Part shown: positions 54,416 to 64,000 of the stretch, in pieces
Layout: every line of letters begins with the position of its first letter
Position numbering within the stretch: position 1 is the first letter of the stretch
Source: an uncultured Planctomycetia bacterium
GTDB taxonomy: Bacteria > Omnitrophota > Gorgyraeia > 2-02-FULL-51-18
DNA: 64,000 bases
Assembly (NCBI GenBank): GCA_964431835.1
Contig: CAYSKO010000005.1
Location: 52,167-116,166 of the forward strand
Reading direction: 5' to 3'
Program-made: the position numbers and the translations under genes
Notes under the pieces: generated by a model
Told to the model about the DNA's origin: nothing
What the model saw: only the letters and a program-made list of their open reading frames with translations
The model's database searches: none

Positions 54416-55644
54416 GACGCGGCCGCCGCGCGGCCCGCGATCCAGCCACTCGACCATGCCCACTGAAAGTTAAAACCGCCGATACGTCCGTCGACGTCCA
54501 GAATCTCCCCCGCGAAGTGAAGCCCGGCGACACGCTTCGATTCCATCGTCGCGACGCGGACCTCGCGAAGATCCACACCGCCGGCGGTGGCTTCGGCTTT
54601 TTTGTAACCGTAGACGCCGTTCACTTCGAGCGGCGCGTGCTGAAGAAGGTGAAGAAGGCGTCCCGCCTCCTTCAGCGTACGGACGGGCATGCGGGGATCG
54701 ACGCCGCATTTTTCCAGGAACACCTCGGCGAAACGGTCGGGCAGGCCGAGCTCCTCGGCGAAAAAGGTCTTCAGGTAGCGTGCGCCACCCGCTTTCCTGA
54801 ACGCTTCGAAGCGGCGGCCGAGCTGTCCGATTTCGACGTCGGGCGCGAAGTCCGCTTCCACCGACGGTTCGTCGGCAGGGTCCGCCGCGGCCCAGTAGCG
54901 CGAGATATCCAAAGCGGACGGACCGCTGAATCCGAAATGAGTGAAAAGGAAAGAACCCTTCGCGGACGCTTTCTTTTTACCCTTCGCATAAAAAGCGAGT
55001 GCCGCCTCGAGCGTGATCCCCGAGAGCGAGCGCCAGCCTTCGTCGTCCGTGAGGAGCGGCGTGAGAGCCGGAAACGTCGGCACGATCGCGTGCCCGAGCC
55101 CCCGCGCGATCTCGATACCTTTCCCGTCGCTGCCGGTCTCCGGAAGCGAGAGGCCGCCCGTCGCAAGGATGACCCGCCGGGTGGGAAACTCGAAGTCCCC
55201 TTCGCCGCGCAGGAGAAAACCGCCGTCACGAGGAAAGACGCCGGTCACGCGCGCGGTCTCGAGCGTGACGCCCGAACGGCGAACTTCACGAACGAGCGCG
55301 TCGAGCACCGTGCGGCCCGAATGCGTGGTGGGAAAATATTTGCCCGTCGGCTCGAGGACGAGCTCGACGCCGATCTCGGAAAAAAAACGGCGGGTTTTCT
55401 CGGGAGAGAAAGCCTCGAGGACGTGGCGGACCGCGTGCGGCGGCGCGCCCTGATAATCGGAAGGAATCACCTGGCGGTTCGTGACGTTGCAGCGGGTGCC
55501 GCCGGAGATCAGAATCTTCGCGCCGATCTTGGCGCGGGAATCCAAAAGGAGGATTTTCGCGCCCGGCTTGGCGCGCGCGGCGGAAATCGCCGCGATCAAC
55601 CCGGCCGCTCCCGCGCCGACGACGGCGACGTCCGCGCGGTCCAC
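54412..55644 (-). CDS. HI0933/YhiN-family FAD-dependent flavoprotein
   Basis: VAVVGAGAAG dinucleotide fold. Confidence 0.75.
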   Translation of the reverse strand: MDRADVAVVGAGAAGLIAAISAARAKPGAKILLLDSRAKIGAKILISGGTRCNVTNRQVIPSDYQGAPPHAVRHVLEAFSPEKTRRFFSEIGVELVLEPTGKYFPTTHSGRTVLDALVREVRRSGVTLETARVTGVFPRDGGFLLRGEGDFEFPTRRVILATGGLSLPETGSDGKGIEIARGLGHAIVPTFPALTPLLTDDEGWRSLSGITLEAALAFYAKGKKKASAKGSFLFTHFGFSGPSALDISRYWAAADPADEPSVEADFAPDVEIGQLGRRFEAFRKAGGARYLKTFFAEELGLPDRFAEVFLEKCGVDPRMPVRTLKEAGRLLHLLQHAPLEVNGVYGYKKAEATAGGVDLREVRVATMESKRVAGLHFAGEILDVDGRIGGFNFQWAWSSGWIAGRAAAAS

Positions 55645-55650
55645 GTTTTT

Positions 55651-56487
55651 TTAGCGCGAGCGCGCGTGAAGCCAGAGACCGAACGCGGCCAGGCGCTCGA
55701 TGTCGGTCCAGGGCTCGGTTGAGGAAAGCATCGCGAACGTAATGCGTTTTTTCGCTTCGTAATTCGTGCCGACGAACGTGTGGCGAGACGCGAACGTCCA
55801 GCCTGTTTTACCCTTCACGAACTTCGGCATGCGCCAGAGCATCTTATTGTGGCTCTTGAGCTTAAGCGTCTTGCCGTCGGACCCGCGGATTTCGGCCTCG
55901 AGGATCCCCATCCGTTCGTCGATCCTCTTGTCTCGGAGCGCGTGGCGCATCAGCGTGGAGAGGTCGTAGGCGGTGGTGTACTGCTTGCGCTTCTTGTCCG
56001 GAAGGCCCGAAGCGTTCACGAATCGGGTGCCTTTCATCCCGAGCCGCGCGGCCTTGGCGTTCATGAGCCCGGCGAATGCGATCTCGGAACCGGCCGCCCC
56101 TTCCGCGAGGGCCACTGCCGCGTCGTTCGACGACGACACGAGCGCGGCGGTGACGAGGTCCCAAACGCGGTACTCGGCCCCAAGCGTGAGCCCGGCCTTG
56201 CTCGGCGTCGCGTTCACGGCGTTCCGCGAAATCCGGATCCGCTTCTCGGGATGCATGCGCTCAAGCGCGACGACGACGGTCATTACTTTCGTAGTGGACG
56301 CCGGAGGCAGACGCAAATGGGGGTTCTTCGAATAGAGGATGCGGCCGGTCGAGACGTCGAGCACCGCGGCCGCACGGGCCGTGAGCGAAGGAATGCGGGT
56401 GGCAGCCGGAGCCGGCGACGGAAACAGAAGCGAAAGGACGAGAAGCGGTAGGAACGCGGCGGTCGCGAATCGGCGACGGAGCCTCAT
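55651..56487 (-). CDS. D-alanyl-D-alanine carboxypeptidase (PBP5 family serine peptidase)
   Basis: STTK, SSND, KTG motifs; signal peptide. Confidence 0.8.
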   Translation of the reverse strand: MRLRRRFATAAFLPLLVLSLLFPSPAPAATRIPSLTARAAAVLDVSTGRILYSKNPHLRLPPASTTKVMTVVVALERMHPEKRIRISRNAVNATPSKAGLTLGAEYRVWDLVTAALVSSSNDAAVALAEGAAGSEIAFAGLMNAKAARLGMKGTRFVNASGLPDKKRKQYTTAYDLSTLMRHALRDKRIDERMGILEAEIRGSDGKTLKLKSHNKMLWRMPKFVKGKTGWTFASRHTFVGTNYEAKKRITFAMLSSTEPWTDIERLAAFGLWLHARSR

Positions 56488-56491
56488 CCGG

Positions 56492-56722
56492 TCAGAATTG
56501 CCTGCTGAGGGCGGGGTCGCCGTCTTCGTTGAAGCCGAGCGTCGTCGTGTCGTCGAAGCGGAGCCCGAACTTGTCCTCTTCCTTCTTCGCGTAGAGCGAG
56601 AAACCGCCGAGCTCGGAAGAATCGACCGAGACGTCTGTGTTGCGTGCGGCCGCCGTGCGCGCGGCCAGGAACGCGAAGCCCGCTACGGCGAGGCAGAAAA
56701 GAGTTTTCGTGCGAAGCGTCAC
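56492..56722 (-). CDS. Small secreted protein (76 aa), hypothetical
   Basis: GTG start overlapping the upstream stop (GTGA); signal-peptide-like N-terminus; high GC3. Confidence 0.4.
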   Translation of the reverse strand: MTLRTKTLFCLAVAGFAFLAARTAAARNTDVSVDSSELGGFSLYAKKEEDKFGLRFDDTTTLGFNEDGDPALSRQF

Positions 56723-56888
56723 TTGCCGGCTTCCTTTTCCGTGGGCTCGACGGGCTGCTTCTTCCCGAATCGGTCGCGGGTGTAGCGGAGAGCACTGTCC
56801 TGTCGCTCGACATCTGGGACTTCCAGGATGTCGTGCATGTTCATGTGCGCCTTGCGTTCGAGTTTGTTGCGGGAGCGATGCGTGGTCA
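56719..56888 (-). CDS. Small highly charged protein (56 aa; not in the ORF track), probably leaderless
   Basis: MTTHRSRNKLERKAHMNMHDILEVPDVERQDSALRYTRDRFGKKQPVEPTEKEAGK. High GC3. TTGGCA-18-TACAAT promoter whose -10 lies 6 nt upstream of the ATG. Confidence 0.4.
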
Positions 56889-56894
56889 TGGGGC

Positions 56895-56924
56895 CATTGT
56901 ATCACCGCTTCCGGGCCGCTGCCA
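56895..56924 (-). promoter_or_regulatory. sigma70 promoter TTGGCA-18-TGaTACAAT immediately upstream of the small-ORF ATG (leaderless geometry)
   Basis: Plus-strand tgccaa at 56919-56924 and attgta at 56895-56900. Confidence 0.45.
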
Positions 56925-56955
56925 AGCTCCCGACTTTTTTTTCGCGGCCAATCTG

Positions 56956-56964
56956 TGCTAGAAT
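56956..56964 (+). promoter_or_regulatory. Extended -10 TGcTAGAAT for the divergent small plus-strand gene
   Basis: Followed 18 nt later by GGAGGG and then the ATG at 56989. Confidence 0.35.
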
Positions 56965-56988
56965 ACTTTTTCGAAACCGGCGGAGGGT

Positions 56989-57190
56989 TATGCTCGAAAA
57001 AATTTGCGACGTCTGCGGCGCGACCGAACAGGTCGAAATCGAAACTGTCACCAACGTGATGCCCCAGCCCGATGAGATGTACCCCGTCCTCCTCTGCGCC
57101 AAGCACAAAAAAGCGCTTCAGGACAAGCTCCTGGACATCACGCTCGACAAAGCCGGCAAGCTCAGTTTCGTCCTCAAGAAGAAAAGCTGA
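56989..57190 (+). CDS. Small Cys-containing hypothetical protein (66 aa)
   Basis: MLEKICDVCGATEQVEIE... after GGAGGG. Confidence 0.45.
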
Positions 57191-57193
57191 CGG

Positions 57194-57901
57194 CTAACTG
57201 CCGCCGAGGTAGGCGCTCCGGATCTCGGGGCGCCTCTCGATTTCCCGGGCGTCCCCTTCCAGCACGATCCTTCCCGTTTCCAACACGTAGGCCCTTCCCG
57301 CGACTTTAAGCGCCATGCGCGCGTTCTGCTCGACGAGAAGGATCGTCATCCCGTCGCGGTGAACCTCTTCGATTAGACGGAAAATCGCCGACACGAGGAT
57401 GGGCGCGAGCCCGAGCGACGGTTCGTCGAGGAGCAGCATCTTCGGACGGGACATGAGCGCCCGGCCAATCGCGAGCATCTGCTGCTCGCCTCCCGAAAGC
57501 GTGCCGGCGCGCTGTTTTTCGCGCTTCTTGAGGATCGGAAAGAGCCCGAAAACGCGCTCCATGTCCTTTTTCACCCCGTCCGCGTCCTTCCTGAGAAACG
57601 CGCCCATTTCGAGGTTCTCGAGAACGTCGAGCCTTTGAAATATTTTCCGGCCCTCCGGAACGTGCGAAAGACCCAGGCGCACGATCGCCTGCGGAGAAAG
57701 GGCGGAGACGTTTTTTCCTTCGAACTTGACCTCGCCCGTCGTCGGTCGCACGAGGCCCGAGATCGTCTTCAGGACCGTCGTCTTCCCCGCCCCGTTCGCA
57801 CCCAGGAGCGCGACGATCTCGCCCGGCTTCACAGAAAACGTAACGCTCTTCAGGCACTCGACCTTCCCGTAACGCGTGTGGACGTGGTTCACTTCAAGCA
57901 T
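57194..57901 (-). CDS. livF: Branched-chain amino acid ABC transporter ATP-binding protein LivF
   Basis: Walker A/B and signature motifs. Confidence 0.9.
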   Translation of the reverse strand: MLEVNHVHTRYGKVECLKSVTFSVKPGEIVALLGANGAGKTTVLKTISGLVRPTTGEVKFEGKNVSALSPQAIVRLGLSHVPEGRKIFQRLDVLENLEMGAFLRKDADGVKKDMERVFGLFPILKKREKQRAGTLSGGEQQMLAIGRALMSRPKMLLLDEPSLGLAPILVSAIFRLIEEVHRDGMTILLVEQNARMALKVAGRAYVLETGRIVLEGDAREIERRPEIRSAYLGGS

Positions 57902-58670
57902 CGGCCACTCCCAGATACGCCTCGATCACGCGCGCGTTGCAGCGCACGCTCTCCGGCGATCCCTCCGCGATGCGTTCCCCTTCGTCCATCACGACCACGC
58001 GGTCCGAGAGGGGCATCACGACCTTCATGTCGTGCTCGATGAGGAGGATCGCGGTGCCCTTCTCGCGGATTTTCCGCACGAGCACGGCGATTTCTTCTTT
58101 TTCGGTGGGATTCATTCCCGCCACCGGTTCGTCGAGGAGGAGGAGCTTTGGCTCGCAGGCGAGCGCGCGTGCGATCTCGAGGCGTTTCTGTCCGCCGTAC
58201 GGCAGGTTCGCCGCGATCTCGTTGCCCGCGCCGCTCAACCCGATGAAGTGTAGAAGCTCTAGGCTCCGTGCGAGAATCATCCGCTCCTCGACGTGGTAGC
58301 GGCGCGTGCGCAGAACCGCGTCGAGAAACCCGGAACGCGTGCGCGTGTGGAAACCGATGGCCACGTTCTCGAGGACAGTCATGTTGCGGAAGATGCGGAG
58401 ATTCTGAAAGGTGCGCGCGACGCCGCACTCGAGAATCTTGTTCGGCGACAGTCCGTCCAATCGCCGCTCGCCCTCGCGGAAGAGGATCTCCCCCGAATCG
58501 ATGGACACGAGGCCCGTCACGCAGTTGAAGAAAGAGGTTTTACCGGCTCCGTTTGGGCCGATCAGCCCGACGATTTCGCCTTCACCCACCGTAAGGCTCA
58601 TGGCCTTCAGCGCCACGACGCCGCCGAAGCGCTTGGACACCGAGCGCACGTCAAGAAGCGGCATCGACAC
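57894..58670 (-). CDS. livG: Branched-chain amino acid ABC transporter ATP-binding protein LivG
   Basis: Walker A/B and signature motifs. Confidence 0.9.
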   Translation of the reverse strand: MSMPLLDVRSVSKRFGGVVALKAMSLTVGEGEIVGLIGPNGAGKTSFFNCVTGLVSIDSGEILFREGERRLDGLSPNKILECGVARTFQNLRIFRNMTVLENVAIGFHTRTRSGFLDAVLRTRRYHVEERMILARSLELLHFIGLSGAGNEIAANLPYGGQKRLEIARALACEPKLLLLDEPVAGMNPTEKEEIAVLVRKIREKGTAILLIEHDMKVVMPLSDRVVVMDEGERIAEGSPESVRCNARVIEAYLGVADA

Positions 58671-59652
58671 CCTCCTCTTCTGCGTGTTTCTTGCGTTTGC
58701 CGAGCTCGCGCTGGATCAGCTGGCCTCCGAGTATCCCCTGCGGCCGGAAGATCATCATGAGGATCATGATCACGCCGAAAAGAAGCATGCGGTACGACGC
58801 GAAGCCGCGTAAAAGCTCCGGAAGAATGCCTAGGACGAGCGCCCCAAGGGCGGCGCCCCAAATGTTCCCGAGGCCGCCCAGGACCACCATGGCGAGAATG
58901 AGCACCGAGAGGACGAAGTCGAAGCTATCGGGGCTCACGATCGTCTGTTTGGACGCGAACACGGCTCCCGCCATTCCCGCGATGAAGGACGAGAGGCCGA
59001 ACGCGGTCAGCTTCACACGGAGCGCCGGAACGCCCATGCAGCCCGCGGCGAGCTCGTCTTCGCGTATCGCCACCAGCGCACGGCCGATCTTGGAATCCGA
59101 GAGCCTAAAAAGAACCCACGCCACGAGCGCCACGAGCGCGAGCGTGAGGTACACGTAAGGCGTCGCGTTGATGGAGAACTTATAACCGAAGAAAGTCGGA
59201 CGGTCGATGCCGAGAAGGCCGTTCGGCCCGCCGGTCCACGCGTCCAGGTTATTGAACGCGATGCGCACGATCTCGCCGAAGCCGAGGGTCGTGATCGCCA
59301 GGTAGTCGCCGCGGACGCGGATGGACGGCATGCCGATGAGGAGGCCAAAAGCCATCGAAACGAGGCCCGCTGCCGGGAGCCCGAGCCAGAAGGGACACCC
59401 CGTGTGGATATTCAGGAGCGCGTACGCGTATGCGCCGAGTGCGAAGAACGCCGCGTAGCCAAGATTGAGAAGACCCGCGAACCCGACGACGACGTTGAGC
59501 CCCATCGCGAGGATCGCGTAGATGCCGACCGTTGCCAGAAGATCCATGTGGTAGGCGTTTTTGTCGAAGAGCGGAATGAGCGCGAACGGGAAAAGGACGA
59601 GGAAAACGCGCGCCAGATGGGATTTTCTCAAGCGTTCCCGCAGCGCTTCCAT
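58651..59652 (-). CDS. livM: Branched-chain amino acid ABC transporter permease LivM
   Basis: Start moved to ATG 59652 (MEALRERL...); the track ORF has a 138-codon Arg-rich false extension. Confidence 0.8.
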   Translation of the reverse strand: MEALRERLRKSHLARVFLVLFPFALIPLFDKNAYHMDLLATVGIYAILAMGLNVVVGFAGLLNLGYAAFFALGAYAYALLNIHTGCPFWLGLPAAGLVSMAFGLLIGMPSIRVRGDYLAITTLGFGEIVRIAFNNLDAWTGGPNGLLGIDRPTFFGYKFSINATPYVYLTLALVALVAWVLFRLSDSKIGRALVAIREDELAAGCMGVPALRVKLTAFGLSSFIAGMAGAVFASKQTIVSPDSFDFVLSVLILAMVVLGGLGNIWGAALGALVLGILPELLRGFASYRMLLFGVIMILMMIFRPQGILGGQLIQRELGKRKKHAEEEGVDAAS

Positions 59653-59654
59653 CG

Positions 59655-60548
59655 TCAGACCTTGTCGGGGAGGTTTTCCCCGAGGAGCCCCGACGGCTTG
59701 AAGATGAGGACCGCCGCCAGGAGAACGAACGCGAACACGTCTTTCCACTCCGAAGAGACGTACCCCGCGCCCAGGCTCTCGAAGACGCCCAGGAGGATTC
59801 CCCCGAGCATCGCGCCGGGGATACTCCCGATCCCTCCGAACACGGCCGCGGTGAACGCTTTGATTCCCGCGAGATAACCGTCGTGGAAATTGATGCTGCC
59901 GTAGTAGATCGCGAAGAGGCCGCCGCCTACCGCCGCGAGCGTCGAACCGAGCACGAAAGTCTGGCGGATCACGCGGTTGGGCGAAATACCCATGAGTTCG
60001 GCGGCCTCGGCGTTCTCGGCGACGGCGCGCATCGCTTTTCCCGTTTTCGTGTTCTTCACGAACCACGTGAGGAAAATCATGAGCCCCGTCGCGACCGCGA
60101 AGATCACGATTTGGACGAGCGAAAGGGAGAAAGTTCCCACGTCGAAGCGGACCGGAGGCACGATATCGGGCACGCTCTGCTCTTTGGAGCCGTAGATCAG
60201 CATGACCGCATTTTGGAGGAAGAAGGAGACGCCGATGGACGTAATGAGCGCCGTGAGTTTGGGGGAACCGCGCAGCGGCTTGTACGCGGTGCGCTCGATC
60301 GCCGCGCCCAGAAGCGCCGACCCGAGCGCCGAGACGGCGAACGCCGCCGGAAGTGCAGCCCAGAACGGAAAGCCCGAAAACGCCAGGATCGCGGAGAGCG
60401 TGAGGTAGGCGCCGACCATGAACACTTCGCCGTGGGCGAAATTGATGAGCTGGATGACGCCGTAGACCATGGTGTAGCCGAGCGCGATCAGCGCGTAAAC
60501 CATGCCGATCGTGAGACCGTTCAGGAGCTGCTGGAGAAAAAGCTCCAT
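59655..60548 (-). CDS. livH: Branched-chain amino acid ABC transporter permease LivH
   Basis: Start moved to ATG 60548 (MELFLQQLLNGLTIG...). Confidence 0.8.
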   Translation of the reverse strand: MELFLQQLLNGLTIGMVYALIALGYTMVYGVIQLINFAHGEVFMVGAYLTLSAILAFSGFPFWAALPAAFAVSALGSALLGAAIERTAYKPLRGSPKLTALITSIGVSFFLQNAVMLIYGSKEQSVPDIVPPVRFDVGTFSLSLVQIVIFAVATGLMIFLTWFVKNTKTGKAMRAVAENAEAAELMGISPNRVIRQTFVLGSTLAAVGGGLFAIYYGSINFHDGYLAGIKAFTAAVFGGIGSIPGAMLGGILLGVFESLGAGYVSSEWKDVFAFVLLAAVLIFKPSGLLGENLPDKV

Positions 60549-60558
60549 CGAACGGGCG

Positions 60559-61713
60559 TTAGGCCGCGGCGGCGGCCGGTGCCGCGGAGGAGGCGGGCTT
60601 GAACTCTTCGATGAACTGGAACTTGCCGTCCCGGACCTGGAAAATACCGACCGACTTGCCCACCGCATCGCCGCGGGCGTCGAAATTCACGGGCCCCAGG
60701 ATGCCGGGGAAATCTTTCGTCTTCTTCATCTCGGCAAGGATCGCCTCGCGGTCGTTCTTGCCGGCGCGCCGGATAGCGTCGATGAGGACATTCGCGGAGT
60801 CGTAGGCGTACGCCGCGAAAGAACCGATCTCGCCGTAGCGCGCTTCGTAACGCGCGACGAAGTCTTTGGCGTCGGGGAGCGATCTCGGGTCCACGCCGAG
60901 CATCGTGGCGTAAACACCCTCCCCCGCCGGCCCCGCGAGCTTCGGAAGCGACGGATCGAAAATGCCGTCTCCCGCCATCCATTCGGTCTCGAGGCCCACT
61001 TTTTTCGCTTGCCGAAGGAGAAGCGCCATCTCGGGATAGATTCCGCCGAAGAAAACGAGCTCGGGCTTCGTGGATTTGATCTTCGTGAGGAGGGGGGTGA
61101 AATCCTTCTCGCCCTGCGTGACGCCTTCGCGCCGGATCACTTCCCCGCCGCCCGCTTTGAATGATTTCTCGAACTGATCGGCCAGCCCTTTGCCGTAGGT
61201 CGTCTGGTCGTCCAGAATCACGATGCGCTTAAGCCCCAGCTTCGCAACGTAGCTAGCCGCCGCCGGCGCCTGGACGTCGTCGGTCGGGCAGACGCGGAAG
61301 AACGTGTCGAAACCCTGCTTCGAAATATCCGGATTGGTGGACGCGGGGCTCACTTGCGCGAGCCGCGCCTCGTGATAGATGGCGGAAGCGGCCTTCGTGC
61401 AGCTTGAATTGAAGTGGCCGACGACGGCCGCGACGGCCGGATCCGCGGCGAGTTTGTTGGCGGCGAGGACGGCCTGCGTGGGGTTGTGCTGGTCGTCGAG
61501 CGGGACGAGCTTGAGCTTCGCGTTTCCGAAAACGGGCCCTTTGACGTTGGCGTCCTCGATCGCCATGAGCGCTCCCTGCTGACAACCGATGCCGATGTAC
61601 GCCTGGTCGCCGGTGAGGGGCGCGACGAGTCCGATGGAAACCGTCTCGTCGGCGGCGGCCGGTACGCACACGAGTGCCGTTATCGCCAGAAACGCGGCCG
61701 CACGATGCGTCAT
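60559..61713 (-). CDS. livJ: Periplasmic branched-chain amino acid-binding protein
   Basis: Signal peptide plus type I periplasmic binding fold. Confidence 0.85.
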   Translation of the reverse strand: MTHRAAAFLAITALVCVPAAADETVSIGLVAPLTGDQAYIGIGCQQGALMAIEDANVKGPVFGNAKLKLVPLDDQHNPTQAVLAANKLAADPAVAAVVGHFNSSCTKAASAIYHEARLAQVSPASTNPDISKQGFDTFFRVCPTDDVQAPAAASYVAKLGLKRIVILDDQTTYGKGLADQFEKSFKAGGGEVIRREGVTQGEKDFTPLLTKIKSTKPELVFFGGIYPEMALLLRQAKKVGLETEWMAGDGIFDPSLPKLAGPAGEGVYATMLGVDPRSLPDAKDFVARYEARYGEIGSFAAYAYDSANVLIDAIRRAGKNDREAILAEMKKTKDFPGILGPVNFDARGDAVGKSVGIFQVRDGKFQFIEEFKPASSAAPAAAAA

Positions 61714-62102
61714 TTGCCGGCCTTCGAGCGCTTGAGGCTCCGGAGAACGACCTCGAGCACCTGCTCCAGCTCTTCGAACGCGCCCATCTTCGAAAAGAAG
61801 CCGGAGATGTTGAGTTCCTTGGTTTTATGGATCATCGCGTCGTCCGCGTGCGCGGTGACCATGACGACCGGGATGGTTTTGTTGAATTCGCGGATCCTCG
61901 TGAGCACTTCTACCCCGTTCATCACCGGCATCTTGAAGTCGGTGAACACGATGTCCACGCGTCCGGATTTCACGATGTTCACGCCGGCTTCGCCGTCGCC
62001 CGTCGTCACGACGTCGTATCCCTTGGATTTCATCCAGAAGGCCATGGTCTCGAGGAAGTCGGGCTGGTCGTCGATAAAGAGGATTCGGATCGCGTCGGAC
62101 AT
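61710..62102 (-). CDS. Stand-alone CheY-like response regulator receiver
   Basis: ILFIDDQ...VFTDFKMP; ATGA overlap with livJ. Confidence 0.8.
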   Translation of the reverse strand: MSDAIRILFIDDQPDFLETMAFWMKSKGYDVVTTGDGEAGVNIVKSGRVDIVFTDFKMPVMNGVEVLTRIREFNKTIPVVMVTAHADDAMIHKTKELNISGFFSKMGAFEELEQVLEVVLRSLKRSKAGK

Positions 62103-62112
62103 TTGTTTTTTA

Positions 62113-63588
62113 CTAGCCTCCCGCTTGGCGCTGCTTGACCGGTAAGGTGCACGTGAAGGTCGAACCCTTCTTCGACTCGCTCTCCGCCCAGATCTTTCCG
62201 CCGTGCCGTTCGACGATCTCTTTGGTGATCGAAAGGCCCAGCCCCGTCCCTACGATCCCCTGCTGGTCGCCGAACTGCTCGAAGCGCCCGAAGAGCTTCT
62301 TCATGTTCTCCGGAGTCATGCCGACGCCGGTGTCCGAGACGCTGAGAAGAACAGCCGTGCTGTCGGCGGCCCAGGCGGTCTTCACGGTGATCGTGCCCCC
62401 GTTGGGCGTGAATTTGATCGCGTTTCCGATGAGGTTGTTCAGAACCTGCGTGATCTTGTCCGGATCGACCGGAACCTCCGGGAGGCTCTTGTCGAATTGG
62501 CGCGCGATCTTGATGTCTTTGGTCTTGGACCACGTCTCGAGTGCGTCGCAGACGTCCGCGGCGACCCGGTCCAGGCGGGTCGGCACGATTTTGAGCCGGT
62601 AGGTTCCCGATTCGATCTTCGCCATGTCGAGGAGATCCTCGACGAGGCGGTGGAGCTGTCCCAGGTTCCGCGAGACAATATTGAGGAATTTTTCCTGATC
62701 GCTCGAAACGACTCCGGCGGCGCCGCTCGACAGAAGCGTCATCGCCTTCTGCATCGCGACGATCGGCGTCCGCAGCTCATGCGTGACGTTCGAGACGAAG
62801 CGGTTCTTTACCTCGTCGAGTTCTTTTTGCTTGGTGACGTCAGTGAGGACCTTCACCATGCCGACCGTCTGCCCGTTTTCGTTCTGGATGACGGCGCTGG
62901 ACGACCGCAGAATGCGGCGCGTGTTCTCGTCCTTCGACCTGAATTCTATCACCTTTTCGGAGCCGTCGCTAGAATCGCGGGTCAGCGAAACCATCACGTC
63001 GTCGCGGCTCCCGTCCAGGATGGACTGGCCGACCTTTTTCTCTTTCCCGAGCAGCTTTTCGGCCGACGGGTTCATGAGGAGGACTTCGCCCTTGTGGTTA
63101 ACGACCACGACGCCCTCGGCGATCGACTTCACAACCGCTTCGGTCGTCTTCTTTTCGATCTCGGACTTCTCGTACGCCTTCTGCGTCTCGACGAACTTCT
63201 GCTCGACTTCCTTGAACTGGCGTTTCACGGCGTCGACTTCGCGCCGCTTCTCCTGTTCGACGACTTGGTATTTGACGGAGTACTCCTGCTTGATCTCCTG
63301 CAGGAGGTTATGGGTTTCCTCTTCGACGATCTTGGAGAGAGCTTGGACGGTTTCTTCGGCGTGTTCGGCGCGGATGGGGAGCTTTTTAATCTTCTCGCGG
63401 ACGTCGGAGGGGACCTTGGTCGTGTTGACCTCGATCCGCTGGACGTCGAGGACGTCGATGTCGAGCTTGTTTTTGACGTGGGCGGTCTTATAAAGGACGA
63501 GCGCGGCGATGAGGCCGATTCCCGCCGCCATGCCGATGAGGACGGGAAGCGAGGTGCCGCCCGACTCCACCGCTAAAAAAAACGGCAT
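62113..63588 (-). CDS. Sensor histidine kinase (TM/coiled coil, PAS, HisKA, HATPase_c)
   Basis: H-box VTHELRTP, N-box [10 protein letters not shown]-boxes DTGVGM and GTGLGLSI. Confidence 0.9.
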   Translation of the reverse strand: MPFFLAVESGGTSLPVLIGMAAGIGLIAALVLYKTAHVKNKLDIDVLDVQRIEVNTTKVPSDVREKIKKLPIRAEHAEETVQALSKIVEEETHNLLQEIKQEYSVKYQVVEQEKRREVDAVKRQFKEVEQKFVETQKAYEKSEIEKKTTEAVVKSIAEGVVVVNHKGEVLLMNPSAEKLLGKEKKVGQSILDGSRDDVMVSLTRDSSDGSEKVIEFRSKDENTRRILRSSSAVIQNENGQTVGMVKVLTDVTKQKELDEVKNRFVSNVTHELRTPIVAMQKAMTLLSSGAAGVVSSDQEKFLNIVSRNLGQLHRLVEDLLDMAKIESGTYRLKIVPTRLDRVAADVCDALETWSKTKDIKIARQFDKSLPEVPVDPDKITQVLNNLIGNAIKFTPNGGTITVKTAWAADSTAVLLSVSDTGVGMTPENMKKLFGRFEQFGDQQGIVGTGLGLSITKEIVERHGGKIWAESESKKGSTFTCTLPVKQRQAGG

Positions 63589-63591
63589 CCG

Positions 63592-64000
63592 CTATCCTCG
63601 GACGAGGACGATTTCGCCGCAAGCCGAGCGGGCGCCCGCGTTTCCGGCCGGCTGTGCGAAGTCGTCGACTTTCTCGTGGAAGACGACCGCGCGGCCCCCG
63701 ACCGAATACTTGCCGCCGCTGAGCGTGAGACCAGGAACAAGCGCTTCGTAGCTGCCGCTTCCGTCGGCGCCGACTTCGAAGTTACCGAGGTCGCCGGCGT
63801 GGGCCTGCAGGAGGCCGTCTTTCAGGAGATGGCCGTGGTGAACGCCGTCTGGATTATAGTGGTCTCCCGCGGCTTTGCCGGAGTCGGCGCAATCGCCGAA
63901 CTGATGGACATGGAAGCCGTGTTTGCCCGGGGAAGCGTTCCGGACGGTTCCGGTGACTTTGAGCCCTTCGGCGGTTTCCTGGAAAGTGATCTTGCCTTCG
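63592..64000 (-). CDS. sodC: Cu/Zn superoxide dismutase, partial (5' end beyond window)
   Basis: GFHVHQFGDC, HYNPDG, GDLGN, HEKVDD, AGNAGARSACG. Confidence 0.85.
   Translation of the reverse strand, partial: EGKITFQETAEGLKVTGTVRNASPGKHGFHVHQFGDCADSGKAAGDHYNPDGVHHGHLLKDGLLQAHAGDLGNFEVGADGSGSYEALVPGLTLSGGKYSVGGRAVVFHEKVDDFAQPAGNAGARSACGEIVLVRG

Noticed and set aside
59655-60668. Long N-terminal extensions of livH, livM, exbB, maf and the 28920 gene in the ORF track
   Set aside because: The extensions are Arg/Ser/Pro-rich and overlap upstream genes. Internal starts with SD sequences or stop-start overlaps give canonical N-termini.
1-64000. CRISPR arrays, transposases, integrases, tRNA/rRNA genes
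   Set aside because: No repeat-spacer periodicity, no DDE or tyrosine-recombinase motifs and no tRNA-like cloverleaf segments were seen. The excisionase-type HTH genes have no recombinase partners.

Overview
GC-rich (about 65-70% G+C) bacterial chromosomal window from a Gram-negative-type cell envelope (OM beta-barrel, ExbBD, lipobox lipoprotein, periplasmic binding protein). Third-codon-position GC bias is strong and was used throughout to separate real genes from the many spurious GC-rich ORFs in the six-frame track.

The window has three parts:

1. nt 1-10229, minus strand. A single uninterrupted reading frame of at least 3409 codons. Its ATG is at 10229 and its C-terminus runs past the window start. 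It is absent from the ORF track because it has no stop codon inside the window. Every track ORF in this 10 kb is in another frame or antisense. The frame encodes a giant multidomain protein with these recognisable parts:
   - an N-terminal Sec-type signal peptide or signal-anchor;
   - a TraB/GumN/Tiki-like domain;
   - a Hanks-type Ser/Thr kinase catalytic core (HRDVKPSN, DFG, GTPGYMP);
   - an arginase/deacetylase-like metal-motif triad;
   - at least three class-I SAM-methyltransferase Rossmann modules;
   - an FkbM-like methyltransferase motif near the window edge.
   This is the best candidate for an undescribed system.

2. nt 10410-25857, plus strand. A strong sigma70 promoter (TTGACT-17-TACAAT) is followed by an 18-gene co-oriented cluster. 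First comes an 11-subunit complex I: nuoA, nuoB, fused nuoCD, nuoH, I, J, K, L, M, N. The NADH-oxidising N-module genes nuoE, F and G are absent. After a 128-nt CT-rich gap with no terminator comes a complete Mrp cation/proton antiporter operon, mrpABCDEFG. Junctions are tight or overlapping (ATGA, GTGA, TTGA).

3. nt 25.9-64 kb. Mostly housekeeping, transport and stress genes: rlmI, a NYN/YacP-like protein, cca, a peroxiredoxin, pfkB-family kinase, Nudix, mgtE, ABC-2 exporter plus CPA1 antiporter, a DUF481 OM protein, glutathione peroxidase, an RRM protein, glutaredoxin, rluB, typA, cspA, dusB, greA, a membrane spermidine-synthase/TPR fusion, maf, an HI0933 flavoprotein, a DD-carboxypeptidase, livJHMGF, a two-component pair and a partial sodC.
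   Notable details in this part:
   - two paralogous excisionase-family HTH genes, each with its own promoter;
   - receiver-only response regulators translationally coupled to transporters;
   - a pair of inverted 35-nt hairpin repeats with compensatory substitutions next to a 72-nt palindromic bidirectional terminator;
   - two probable leaderless mRNAs driven by extended -10 promoters.

No rRNA, tRNA, CRISPR array, transposase or integrase was recognised.
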